DNA of 64,000 bases from Lama guanicoe (Eukaryota). The notes beneath the pieces were generated by a model. That model did not search any database and was not told the DNA's origin. It was given only the letters and a program-made list of their open reading frames with translations. The number at the start of each line of letters is the position of its first letter. The first letter of the stretch is position 1. The DNA lies in the NCBI GenBank assembly GCA_013239625.1, contig MU053334.1, positions 310,001 through 374,000 on the forward strand. Direction: 5' to 3'. Position numbers and translations under genes: made by a program. Positions 1 to 12,788 of this stretch are shown piece after piece.

Positions 1-2289
1 CAGGGGCCCGGGGTGTGGGGTGTGCGAGGCGCATCCTCCACCTGCGTGGGGGCTGTGGCATCGCTGAGGGGTGTCTGGCGAAGACGCCCCTCCCCAACAT
101 GATGTCATCTTGAGCAGTCTGCCCGTCTTTCTAGTAATGGTGCATTTAACCCAGCATTTTCCAAAATAGCGTGGATTTTCACTGGGAGTGGAAATAGCAG
201 CACCCGTGTCTTGCTGTGAAAGCAGCTCTGACCCGGGTTCTGGCGGGTTATTAGGCCCTGGTTAAAATGACTCCTTCCTCAGGGAATCTGGACAGGCAGT
301 GGGGTGTGGGTGGGATGGCTGTGGGGGAGCTGCTCTACCTGCTGTCTGATCAGGGACAGCGTTCTTAGGGACACATGTCCTCTCAGAGTGGAAAAATCCA
401 CACCAAAAGGTGAAACGGGCTGGGAGGCCAGTGGGTGCATGGGTCCACCAGTAGATTTGGCTTTGGTGTGCAGAAACTCCCGTTGGTTGTCAAGGAACGT
501 TCTCTTTATTTAGTTACAAAAAATAAACACAAAGCTGGTTTGTTGGTCGATTTCATTTTTTGTTATCCACCAGGTATTTGACTGGGGGTTTGCTGCGTGT
601 TTTGGAAGGATGATTGTAACTTCACCTCCTGGTAAATGCTACTTGTGCTGAACCCTCCCGTGACCTCCTCAGCTCCTCACACGGCTGTGGAGGACCCAGA
701 CTGTGGAAGGGAGCTTGGGTCCCTTCCCTTCCTCAGCAAGAAATTGGTGTGGAAGCACTGCCTGAGGTCTGTGCTTCTGCAAGTAGGGCAGTAGCCTCGT
801 TTTTCTCTTCCTTTGCTGTGTAATGTAATTTCCAAGACAGTAACCTTCATGATTATAACGCATCTTGTAGAGATGAGTGTGTGTGTGTGCTGCCAATTCA
901 GGGCACCCCTGGGCTGAGGCTTAGCAGCCTTACACTAGCTGTGACGTCTGTCCTTCCGTTTTGGTAGCTCACTGAGATTGAAATCCATTTTCTCTGACGA
1001 CTGGTCACCTGCGTGCTGGACGCGTGTTCTGTGCTGGGTCTGCCACATAGCTAGGCCCTGGCTTGTTGACTGACTGTGCAGACAGGCTTTCTCCACCCCT
1101 GCACTGTGACATTAGGCGCCAGTCACATGTTGTGTGGAGCTGTCCTGTGCTTCTTAGCTTCCCTGGCCTCCCTCTGGCTTCTGAATGCTTCAGCTGTGAC
1201 AACCAAAAATGTTTCCAGCCGCTGCCCTGCAGGGCAAAGTTACCTCCCCCTCCCCCTTTGAGAGCTACTGGTGTAGATCAGTGAATGAGACAATTTCTTC
1301 CCTGAAGGAAAATTTGCCTAATCCTTGGGGCGGGGGGGGGCATTGCAGGGGGGACGGGGAGAGGGCACGTCAATATTTAGCATGGCCCCTTCTCAGAAAC
1401 AGCTTTCCCACCTTGCCGTCCTGTGAGCCCCTTCCTTCAGAGCTGGGTCGGCAGTTTGTGCGCCGGGAGCTGTCCGCGGTGGGGGCCACGCCTGCCGTGT
1501 CACCCCTCCCCTGCTAGAGACCTCACCTGGAGAGGCTGCTGGGGCCGCCTGCTACAGGGCCTTGGTGTGTGCGGGGCGGCGGGCGCCACCGTCACATTCT
1601 TACCCTGCTGTGGGCTGGTGGCTGGATGTGAGCTTGGAAGGCAAACCCAGGTCAGAGCTGGTCTGAGCTTGACCCCTGGCGGCAGGGAGGGGCCCTTGCT
1701 TCCCCAACCCCTGCCCGCCTCTGATTTTGTGTGCTGGCTGTGCTCCTGTTGTGATGGTGGTCAATGTAGCTGGACTGTGTGGGGAGAGGGCACCAAGCTG
1801 GCCGCAGGGGCTCGGACCCTCTGCCTCTCACCGGCCCCGTGACCGACTGGAAACCACGGCCCCAAGCCTCAGTCTTGTCACCTGACAGAGGGGTGGGCTT
1901 TGAGCTGACGTGTCACTGGAGTCTGGTCGGCCCCATGCCTTTCCGCGCTGCAGTCCCTGCAGCCCCCTCCGTGCCTGAGCTCTGCTGCTCTCTGCCCTTC
2001 CCGTCAGGGTCTTGACTGGGGACCTGACCCCTCAGCGCTGGCACTGGCACCGAGTGTGTGCCCGGGTTCCAGAGGGCCTTGTGCTCCTGCTCCGTGTGCC
2101 ACAGGGGCCCGTGTGCCACAGGGGCCCGTGCGGCTGCTGGGGCCCGGGTACTGAAGCAGTGCAGGGCCTCGGAAGATTAGCTTGATCCTTTTTGCTTGAT
2201 CTCAGCCTGGGGGCCCCGAATTTGGCTGATACGAGTTCAGTGTGTGGGACTTCATTAACTGTTTCTTGTGCTCTTTTTCAATTTTATTT

Positions 2290-2790
2290 AGTCCCAGTTT
2301 TAAAATAATTCTTCATTTTGAAATAAATTTAGATTTATAGGAATTTGCGAAGAAATGGATTGGAGATCCCAGCGTTCCTTACCCGCCTCCTCAAAGGTGG
2401 GCAAGCAGGACATTCCAATGCTAGGAAACTGACACTGGTGCAGTATGCCAGGCGTGGTCACCTTTCTCCAGTTTTATGTACACTGGTGTCTGGTGTGTGT
2501 GTGTAGGTTTGTGTACTCGGGTCACATACAGCATCACGTAACCCCCATCCTGAGTCAGGATACAGAATTATTCCACCATCACAAGGCCTTCTTGTGCTGC
2601 ACTTTATTGCCCTCCCCTCCTCCCCCCACCATGTGCCTCAGCCACTAATCTGTCCTCCATCTCTGCATAACCTCTTGACGATGTTGTGTGAATGAAATTG
2701 TGCGGTATGTGACCTGCTGAGATTGGCTTTTTTTACTCAGCACACTTGCTGGAGGTCCATCTAGGCTCTTGCATTGACTGACATTAAAAT
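2290..2790 (-). mobile_element. Old L1 3' UTR fragment (approximate)
   Basis: TTTTGAAATAAATTTAGATTTATAGGAA...CACTAATCTGTCCTCCATCTCT...GATTGGCTTTTTTTACTCAGCA, typical of antisense L1M 3' ends. Confidence 0.6.
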
Positions 2791-5700
2791 ATTCAAGCAG
2801 TTGAGTCAAAGAAAATGAAAGAACTGCTGAAATTGGGGAAATAATAATCACTGGCTATTTATTCAGTTGTTTGGCACTCTTGTTTGCTTTTACACACGTG
2901 GTAATATCAGTGGAGGGGCTTGACGCTCTGCCATTGACACGTCAATACTAGACTGTTGTTGAGAACGTCAGACTCAGAGTTGACTGCAGAACCGTCAGGC
3001 TGCACTGAAGGGGAGAAGTGATAGGTCTTTATTCTTGTGGGACCGGTCACGCTGCCAGTGGGCAGGAAGTTGCCATTTATTCCTCTGTGCACGTGGCAGC
3101 GGGGGCTGCACAGATGGGTTAAGACACTTTCATCGTGCTTGGAGGCATTTTATTTAATCCCTCAGGCACTCACTCAAATGAAGGGAATCAAGTGGAGAGA
3201 TGTAATTAGCCATTTGGCAAAAAACGAATTTCCCATGTTCTTGGAGAAAGCATGCAATTTTGCTGCAGGCACAATGATAAACGAGCAGGGTCCCCCTCAG
3301 TGCTCTGCTGCTTGTGGTCGTCACCCAACTTGGTCCCCTCCGCTTCTGTTAACTGTTGAAATTCGGCACGCCTTTGTGTTAGGTTTTAGAATGACTAAAG
3401 TTTAAAACATTTTACTTGTTTGTCAGATTCCATTTGTTATGAGTCATAAATTGGACATGGAGAAACTGAACATAAAATTTTAAATTCAGCTTAAACTTCA
3501 GTGTGAAAATGAAACACAAAGTTGGCACTTGATTTTCCTGCACAGTAATAAAGGTTGGAATCAGAGTTTGTCAGTCTGCTTTTAACTTTAAAAGTTTTTT
3601 AAACAACTTAAGGTTCATCTTAGTCTTGACTGTCCATTTAAAAAATGCTGACCTTTTGAAAAGTAAGTGCTGTTCTTGCATATTTTCTCTTGCACTCTTA
3701 CGCGTAGTTTGTATTCCTTAGAAACTGATTTAGGAAGTGTGTGCTGAGGCTGAGGGGAGGGACAGACCACCAAGCTGGAGGAGGAAGGAAGTCTTTGGCC
3801 TGGCTGAATTTTCTGCCGAGGTTGGTGGTTGCTGCTTCTGGGAAGTAGCTGTGTGTTCTTCCCTGTGTCTTCCTCTGGCTGCTCTCGGGGGTCACTCTGT
3901 TTCTTTTACGAGATGTTGAAGTGCCCTGGTGATAATCGTGTTCTCAGGCCAGGTACTTAGTGTTGCTTCTCTTTCCTCTCACAGTGATTGTCACTGCTGT
4001 TTCTGGCATCAGCATGTGTCAGGATTCTGTCGCTGTGGAATTATTGAAAACGCTGTCTTTGTGGGATTAAATGGCATTTCTTGGCTTTACAAAGATCAGA
4101 GAGAGTCCGGCATGAGAGTAGGACTCAGGAGGCGATAGGAAAAGGCACTTGTGTTGCTGTGGATGGAGAGTGGGCTCTGCATTCCTCCAGTGTCACCTGC
4201 AGGTTCTTGGGTGTGAGGCCGTCCTGCCTTAGCTCAAATTTCCAAACTTATAAGGCTCCGTAATTGAAAGTCTTTTTGTAGGTCTGTGGTCAACTTGTTT
4301 GGCACTGCGCTGCAAGGAAGCTGTGTGTGGTCCCCTCCCTGAGAGTGTGGGCTTCAGGAGGCTGTGGCGGGGCCCGGGGTCCACGGCCGTGTGCTGTGCT
4401 TCCTCCCATAGGCCGAGCAGTTCTGAGTTCTTGGACCAGTTGGGCCTGAGGTTTTGGATAAGGGATGGCATCTGGGCCTCTTGTGCGAAATACTGTGTGG
4501 GATTCAGAGAAATGTAGCCCGCGGTCCTGACCCCGATCTGTTGGTGGACACACGGGGAGATGAGTTCTGCCAGTGCCCTGGTCTTCACTGAGCACCTCCT
4601 GTGTCGGAACTCCTGCACGCAGAGCGTGGGGAATAGGAGGACGGCAGGGTGGGTGAGGTGGGTCCTTGCCCTGAGGGAGCCCCCCAGTTTGGGGGGCAGA
4701 GGGAACATTAGAGGGACACAGGTGCTTGGGAGTCTTGAGAGGTAGTTCTGAGCCTGCTGCTGGAACACTTCATGTTTGCTCCGGCCTTGTCGAGCACTCT
4801 GTTTCCTTTAGTGTGTCTGGTCCCCACTCCCCACCCTTGTCCAGGGTGATGAAATGAACGTAAGACGCAGAGGAATGGCACCTCCCATCCTGCCCCCACT
4901 CTGGTCAGCACAGGTTCTGGCCTGATGTTTGATGTGCACACCACGTTGTGAGTCAAAGTTGATGGCTTTTGTCAGGTTCTGGTGCAGTGGGACGTAAGTT
5001 AAATAACTTTGCCCCGAGTCTAACAAAATAAATTAAATGATACCAGAAAACAGAAATGAACAATTTTCACCAGGTCACATGATGTCTTAAGATGTCAGAT
5101 TACAAAACTATGTTTACAGATTTTGGCATTTGCCTTCTTCAGAATCTTCCCAACTTTGGTGTGAAAGTTGACACAGCTGAAATGTCATGAAAAGCAGTGT
5201 GTGTCGTTTTATTGGGAGAAGAGTTTCAGAGCGGACAGTCTGGTGGGCATTCCCTTGGATAGGTGGGCGTCGAGCTGTGTGGTAAGATTAGCTCTTGTCC
5301 TCTGCTGCAGAGAGGGTTGTACGGGTGTGGCCAAGATACATAGAGTAAATGGCACGTGAGGAAGGAGTGGCCGGGTTTTAAAGTGATGCTCTGAAGATGG
5401 GTCCGGGAAGGGGTTCAGGAGTGGGGGGACGCCGGGAAGGGAGGCAAATTCCCACCTCTCTGGAAGTGTTGCCCTTCAGACACAGTCTCTGCTGCTTACC
5501 TTTGCTCATGCTTCTCCCTTCAGCACTGATGGCAGAGAGAAGCAAGGCTCGGCTCACAGTCCCCTGACAAGGAGGGCGTGGGAGGCTGTTGAGGGAGCTG
5601 CCAGCTGGGAGGTGGGGTGGGCCCGCGGGTTCGAGGAGGGCATGAGGTGCCTGCATCTGCCCTGTGCCCCAGAGAGAGACGATGGTCTTTGTGGGGAGGC

Positions 5701-6039
5701 CAAGACCCCCTTCCCTGGCTAGGCTCTGGCCCCACGTAGCTCCCTTGGGAGACAGGGAGTTGAGTGGCTGACTCTGCTGGATGTGTTCTTTTAGGACAAA
5801 AACTTCTGGCCAGTGGTTTCGGTCAGATCCTGATTTTGTTCCCTTTTCTTTCTTGGTTTTGCAACTTGTGGCCCTGTAGAGCCCAGAGTCTTCCTTTTTG
5901 CCCGAAATTTAAACCCAGTGAGAGGTGATTGGTTTTGTCTTCATCCTCTCCTTCAGGATAATTCCTGTGCACGGTTCTTTCTACATGCTCCAGGATTTGG
6001 CGTCTGTCTACAGGATTGCTCAAAAGTGGGGAGACCAAC

Positions 6040-6162
6040 GAGGGAGGGCATAGCTCAGTGGTAGAGTGTGTAGGTTCAATTCCAGGTACCTCCATCAAAA
6101 AAATAAATTAATTAAATAAATAAATTAACAAAGAAACCTAATTACCTCCCCTTTTAAAAAAG
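6040..6162 (+). mobile_element. tRNA-derived SINE, camelid Vic-1-like, with internal deletion
   Basis: A-box TAGCTCAGTGG, B-box GGTTCAATTCC, A-rich tail with AAACCTAATTACCTCCCC; 14-bp TSD AAGTGGGGAGACCA at 6024-6037 and 6163-6176. Confidence 0.85.
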
Positions 6163-7244
6163 AAGTGGGGAGACCAGACTCCAAATTGAGTTGCTTGGTT
6201 TTTGTGTTTCATGGCAAGGTGTTTTTTTTTTTTTGACCTTTGAAATCCCTTCTGATGGCAACGGAAGGGTGCCATGAGGGTTAGTCGTTTCGTATCCTTA
6301 GTGCACCCTGAGCTCCTTCGGGCGGGGTGCTGTGTTGGGAGCCGTGTTTCGCCTTTTCTGTGGCCAGCCTCCCTTCCCCGGTGAGGTTGAGAGGGCAGTT
6401 GCGTGCTTCAGTTGCAGCTTAAGTAGCACTGATAGAGGGCGCTACGTGGATGTTGAATAGTCTTCTAAACAGCCGGCAGATAAAATAGAGCAAGAAAATG
6501 AGTATCTGGTGATACTTCTGGGTTGCATTTGTTGCTGTTGAAAATTACAGTTCGGTAGCTTTCTTTTTGGTGCAGTTTGGAACCTTCTTTTGAAACTCAC
6601 CATGCCTGTGAGAACCAGAGTCCCGTGTGGTTTAGCGCGTGCAGAGTTGCGCCAGGGCATGTGGTGGAAGCTTCTGTCTACCCGTGAGTTGTCGTCAGCA
6701 AGTCCTCCTTCCCCAGAACAGATTCCTCACAATCTCAGTGACTTCTTATAATTAGCTTGTGGCTTGTGTTCACTTAATTCTTTGCTTCAAACTCTCCCTG
6801 CAGTATTACTTAACCACGGTTTGAGTGGTCCCCGCGTAGAGTAGCACACCCAGCTTTCCCAGGCCCGCCACGCCCCGAGGCTGTGGAGGAAGTGGAGGGC
6901 GGGAGGTGACTGGCCGAGGGCCCACTCAGCGGCTCAGTCCCGGAGGCTTGGTCTTTGTGGGATTGTGCCCCCTGCGGCTGCAGCCCTCCAGCTGTCCTTT
7001 GGGAGAGCTGGTCCCTGGGGGCAGGAGGTGCTCCCCTGCTGGTGCTTATGCTTGTCTGGCATGCGCTCTCTCATGTAGTGTTTGCTGTAGATCTAATGTA
7101 AATCTGTTCTTCAAGTTTTTAAGCCGAGAAAACATAGTTTTTCATGTTTTATACAACCCCAAGAGTGAAGGGTACTTTGAAGATGTGCATTTCAAAATTT
7201 ATTTCTTTATTTTTCTGGATTCTGTTTTTTGACGTAATTGTACA

Positions 7245-7900
7245 GTTCATTCATTCATTTGAGAAATCTGATGGGTGCCCATTGTGTGCCGCACATTGTT
7301 CTATGCATTGGGGATTCAGTGCTTAACCAAATGGACAAAATTCCTATACTTTCAGAAACTTAAATTCTTGTGAGACTAGGCAGACAAAATACGTGACAGA
7401 AACACATATCTGTGTGTCTCCGTCCACTCATCCACCCCCTCTTCTATATGTCATGGAGAAAAACAAAGCAGGGGGCAGCAGAGAGGGTCTCCAGTCTGTA
7501 GAAGGTGGTCATGTTCGGTAGCCTGGGGGAGGTGTATTTTAAGGAACTATAGAGAGAGTGAAGGTGAGCCCTGGGGACTTTGGAGAAAGGGTTCTTCAGG
7601 TAGAGGAGTGGAGGCCCTCAGGTGAGTGTGTTACCTGCCCGAGCAGGTAGGGGCTGTCTAATCAGAGTGTGGGGTGCGGGGCTGGAGGGCAGATGGTCAA
7701 GGCCTTGTAGGAATTCTTGGAGGTTTTCAGCACAGGAGTGATCTGATCTGAATTATTTTTGCCTTTAACACGATCATGTGGTTTCTGTACTGAGAATGAG
7801 GGGTCGTGGCAAGGGTTGAGGAAGGAGACAAGGTGCTGGGAGTGTCTTGGCCACTGCACAGGGTGGAGACGGTGTGGAGTGGGCACCTGGATCCTTTTGG
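7245..7900 (-). mobile_element. L2 3' fragment
   Basis: TTCATTCATTCATTT followed by TGCCCATTGTGTGCC...GGGGATTCAG, an antisense L2 tail. Confidence 0.6.
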
Positions 7901-8029
7901 CTCCAGACGAGCATTGGGCTCTCTGGGCTCGCGTGGTTTCCAGGGGGATGGCTGCTGCTGCGAGTGCTGCGGTCTGTCTGTGCGGCCTGTGCCTTTTTTC
8001 CTCTGGCTACTTTTAGTACCCTTCCTTTC

Positions 8030-8840
8030 GCTGGCTGAGGTCAGCCTTGTTTAGGAAGTGCCCTGTAAGTTTCTCCATGTTTCTTGTGCTTGGGATTTGA
8101 GTTTCTGAGATCAGTGGGTTTAAAGTTTTCATCAAATTGGAGAAATTTGGCCACTATTTCTTCAAATATTTTTTCTGCCCCCTTCACTGATGCTCTGCGC
8201 ATTCTTTCAGTCTTTTCCCTCTGTTTCATTTTGAATAGTTTCTGTGCTGTGTCATCTGGTGCACTGATTTTCAAGGTGCGACCTGCTGTTAATTTCCCTC
8301 GCTTGTTTCTCATCTCGGACATTGTATTTCTCATGTCTTGAACCTCAGCTTGGGTCTTACGTTGTTTGTGTCTCTTAACCTGCTTGTGGCAGTCTGTACC
8401 TTCACAAGCTGTGGTGTGGGATATCGTTAGAATGGCTGTTTTTTTAAGAAGAGTGTTCATTTTGTTATTTTTTGGGGGAGAGGTAATTAGGTTTACTTGT
8501 TTATTTATTTTTAGAGGAGGCACTGGGGACTGAACCCAGGACCTTGTGTGTGCTGAGCACACGCTGTACCACTGAGCTCTGCTCGAGTGATGGCTGTTTT
8601 AATGTCCTTATCTCCTGATTCTACCGTCTGTGTCATTTCTGGGTCGGTTTCTGTTGATTGATTTCCCCTACTCATTGTGGGTTGCATTTTCCTTTTCCTT
8701 TCCATGCCTGGTAGTTTTTTATTGGATGCCAGACATTGTGAATTTCACCTTGTTGGTCCTGTGTATTTGTGTGTTTCTTTAACTGCTCTCAAGCTGTGTT
8801 CTGGGATGAAGCTAAGCTACTTGGAGATCGCTTTATTCTT
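8030..8840 (-). mobile_element. Old L1 ORF1-region fragment (approximate)
   Basis: Minus translation contains AEKIFEEIVAKF, an L1 ORF1-like motif; T-rich on +. Confidence 0.65.
8443..8589 (-). mobile_element. tRNA-derived SINE, Vic-1-like, inserted in an old L1
   Basis: Reverse complement reads AGCTCAGTGGTA...GGTCCTGGGTTCAGTCCCCAG...AAACCTAATTACCTC; TSD ATGGCTGTTTT at 8432-8442 and 8590-8600. Confidence 0.85.
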
Positions 8841-9489
8841 ACAAGGAGGGACCAGTGCTAGTCTGGGGTGAGTCCTGCCCCACTCTCGAGGGTTGGAGCC
8901 CCTCCATGGAACGCTGCCCGGCGGCCTGAGGTTTGGGGAGTCTCTGTGCTCTGGCTTGCTGGCCCTGTGCCAGCTTCCACCACTTTCCCTCTGCTCCTTC
9001 CTGGTGGCTCTTGCCGTGGCCTCAGGAGCTTCCTGTGGTAGTCAGAGAACCAGGCGCTCGCAGCCCCTGGGCTTGACTCTCGGCCGCAGGCTGCTCTCCC
9101 GCGCTCTGCCCTGCATGTTCCAGCCTCCTCCCCACTTCAGGGACACCTCTGGGTCTTCTGGGTCTCCTCCCCAGGCAGCGAGCTCCTCTGCTTGTCTCCC
9201 GTCTCTCAGTGTCACTGTTCCAGTCTGTTCCACGGGGTCTGAAAACTGTTGTTCCATATATTTTGCCCAGGTTTTTAGTTGCCTAAGCTGGGAGGGTAAA
9301 TCCTGTTCCTGTTTGTGGCCAGTAGGTTCGGGGAGAGATGTTGAGTATGCAGTTCGGTAGCCAAGGCTGGAGCTCCGAGACTAGGTCTGGGCTCGGAGTA
9401 GGAGTGCGGCTGCGTTGTTTCTAGGTGGTGTTTGAGGCCGTGAGCCTGGGAGGCTCGCCCAGGGGAGCGTGGCTCTCACAAGCGCTTTG

Positions 9490-9645
9490 CCTTCACTCAC
9501 ATGTCTGGTCTTCATGATAGCATTTATGGTAGGTACTGTGCGTCTCCCTGTTGTACCGATGAGGAAACTGAGGCACAGGAGCCCAAGGCCACTGCCTCTG
9601 AGGTGGTAGAGCTGATTCGGACCCAGGCTGCCTGGCTCCAAGCCT
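9490..9645 (-). mobile_element. MIR SINE
   Basis: GATGAGGAAACTGAGGCACAG core and GACCCAGGCTGCCTGGCTCCA. Confidence 0.7.
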
Positions 9646-10899
9646 TTTCTCCGAACCGCAGAGTGGGGCCAGCTCTCCAGGAGCGCGACTGGAGTGCCAG
9701 ATGTGGCAGCCCTTAGCAGTCAGGGAGCTGGGGCCAGTGAGGGGATCAGGGATCAAGGGTCACAGGAGCGGACTGAGCCGGGGTGAGCGGGGTGGGGTGA
9801 CGTTTGAGAGAGAAGAGTTGGGAAATGGGCATCTCAGCTGCTCTGCGGGGCTTTGCGGTGACGGGGGCAGAGGAGGTGGCAGCGCCCAGGTCTATGTGGC
9901 AGATTGAAGCTGGAGGCTCAAAGGTGGTGAGGACTCTCTCATGGGAGAGAGAGGGAGGGAGGGAGAGTGGGTCTTAAGTCCTGCTGGCAGGACAGGGCAT
10001 TGGGGAGCAGTTTGCTTACCTGACTGGCGGCTGGAAGGGTGGGGCCGGTGGGATGCCTGCAGAGGAGCATGGGGAGTGTGTCTGTGGAGAGGTGGCTCTG
10101 GTGGGGGCTGGGTCATCTGAGGGGCCAAGGTCAGGGCCGGTGGGCTGGGGTGGTCATTCATCACCAAAGATGGTGATCCTAGTATGACAGGGGAGGGGGT
10201 GGTGTTATAGTAAGTAATTGGACAGGTCTTTTTGCTATTTTTTTTTGCTATTTTCTTGTCCTTAATTAAATGTTTAAAACATTTAAAAATAAGGTCAAGA
10301 ATGTAGTTTAAGAAATTAATTATAAAATACTTAACCTTCACCCCGCCTCCCCCATTCCTAAACCTCAGAGTCAGTTATTTTCACTTTACAGTCAGTTCTT
10401 CTCATGTTTACTTTAAAACATGTGGTTTTTAAAAATTGCATGTTTATACCATTCATGGGTGTTTTTCTTCCCATTTAGGCATTATTTGCTGACTTCTTAC
10501 TGTGGATGCTGAGGATTTAACTTACCCGAGCTTTCCTTTGCCCCTTCTCTGATATGTTACAATGTTATATCTAATTAATGTATAACATTTAATTTCTATC
10601 TGAAAATATTCTTAGCTGAGAATAATGCTTCAGCTCGTAAGTTGCCTTTGGCTTTGCGGACCTTTTACTGCACCTGGGGCTCTCCAGCCCTGAGCTTTCG
10701 GACGTGACGGTGGGGTCCCCCTAATGTGGTTGGACACAGCAGGTGGCCTCTTCGCCCCTCCTTCCCTGTTGGGAAAGCCCCTCCTGAATGAACAGGTCCT
10801 GGTCTTCTGGACAGCTTGTTGCTCACGCTGCCCTCTCGGGACCTCCCTTCATGTGGTCCTGAGGGTCTCGTCTTTGCCCCGACACCTGTTCCTTGGAGT

Positions 10900-11520
10900 C
10901 GCATGTCTGTCCTCTGGGCTTGTGCTTGTTTGCATTCGGTTTGGTGGTGCACCTGAGAAAGAGTGCATAGGAGGTAAAACTGTGTATAGGTTTTGCAGTT
11001 TTGATTTTAAGAAAGTATTTTTTACCTTCATACTTAATTGAGAATTTGGCTGGGGTAGAATTCTAGACTGGAAATAACTTTTCTCGTCAGTTTTGAAGGC
11101 GTGGCTCTACTCTTAGTTCCTAGTGGTCTGAAATTTAATCTGCTGTGCCCAGGGTGGTGTTTGGTGGCCCTATCCAGTCTGGAAATTCCTGCCCTTGGTG
11201 TTTAGGAAAATGTTTTTGTTTTGTTTCTTCAATGATTTCTCTTTCCTTCTTCCTTTTTCTAATAATAGTTGAAATGTGGACTTCTTGGCTTACATTTTCT
11301 TACCTTTTTGTCTCTCATCTTCCATTTCTTTGTCTTTGTGGTATTGTCTGTTTTGAGGCTCGCAGCTTTGTCCTCTAGCCCTTTTGAATTTTTCTTGCTG
11401 CTGTCAGCTGTAGAGTTTGAGTGCGTTCTTATTGTCTGAGCCCTCCTTTCTTGGTGACGTCTGGCTCTTAAAGCTGTGCTTTCTCTTCCTCATGTAAGAA
11501 TATTCATTGTTCGGGAGTTC
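10900..11520 (-). mobile_element. Old L1 fragment (approximate)
   Basis: T-rich; GCTGGGGTAGAATTCTAGACTGG motif typical of antisense L1M. Confidence 0.45.
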
Positions 11521-12164
11521 CCTGCTCTCCATTGCGGCTTTGCTGTGAATTTCTGCAGGTTTGTTTTGGTCCCTGGCTCCTGCTGTGATGCTGCTCTAGG
11601 TGCCTGATGGTCAGTGTCCATCCTCTGGGGCGTGGGCTTTGGCCAGTGTGGGGAGGGCTTGCGGGGGGCGGCCTCACTGACTGGTGGTGGTGGGGTCTCC
11701 GCTCTGCGGAGGGAGCCTGAAGACGTCTCCGGGCTCCTCTCCTGCTTGGTGGGGAGGCGAGTGTGGGGAGCCTGGCTGCTGTGGTTCTGGGTGTGGATGT
11801 CCCCGTCTGGGAAGCCGGTCACTCAGTAGAGCCTCCCCCCACACGCAGTGGTGTCCCCAGGCCAAGAGCTTCTTTGTTCCTGCCTTTCCGCTTGAAAACC
11901 TGTTGTTTCCTGCTGGGATCAGGGGTGTCGGCGGGCTGGCTGCAGGTTCTGGAGGCGGGACCTCCTTAGGGAGACTTCCAACCCATCCCCTGCACCCACC
12001 TCTGGAGGCACCTGGCACCTTCGCTTCCTGAGCCTTTCAGGCTCTCTGATGGAGCAGGTTGGCTCTTTCCTGGTCCTCCTCCCGCAGGCCGCTGGGCTCT
12101 GGCCTGCTCTGCTAGGCTGAGGCAGGCAGCCACGTGGCCTTTTCCACGCCCAGGATTGTTGTGC

Positions 12165-12647
12165 TGACCACTCTTGTCGTACAGTTTTCTCCTTGTAAAT
12201 AAGTTTTGGACTAATTCTCTCTCTCGCTCTCTCACACGCACATGGACACATGCACGTATACACGGACACAGTACATACATGTGCACACACATGCAGACAC
12301 ATGTGCACACACAACATGCAGCACACAGGACACATACTTACACGTGCACACACATACACAACACGCGCAGGCACGTGCACGCACACATACACACATGTGG
12401 GCGCAGGCACATGTACACACACATGTGCACACATATGACCACTCTTGTACAGTTTTCTCCTTGTAAATAAGTTTTGGACTAATTTTCTCTTTCACACACA
12501 CACGGACACATATACACATGCACACACACAGTGTGCACACATGCAGACACATGTGCGCACACGACAGTAGTTACACACGTGCACATGCATGCACAACACA
12601 CATGCAGACATGTGTACACACACGCATGTGTGCAATACATACAGCGC
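12165..12647. repeat. Tandem duplication (~271-bp period) with CA/TG alternating purine-pyrimidine low-complexity sequence
   Basis: TGACCACTCTTGT..ACAGTTTTCTCCTTGTAAATAAGTTTTGGACTAATT at 12165 and 12436, each followed by CACACATG-type arrays. Confidence 0.85.
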
Positions 12648-12788
12648 NNNNNNNNNNNNNNNNNNNNNNNNNNNNNNNNNNNNNNNNNNNNNNNNNNNNN
12701 NNNNNNNNNNNNNNNNNNNNNNNNNNNNNNNNNNNNNNNNNNNNNNNNNNNNNNNNNNNNNNNNNNNNNNNNNNNNNNNNNNNNNNNN
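12648..12788. other. Assembly gap (141 N)
   Basis: Run of n. Confidence 1.
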
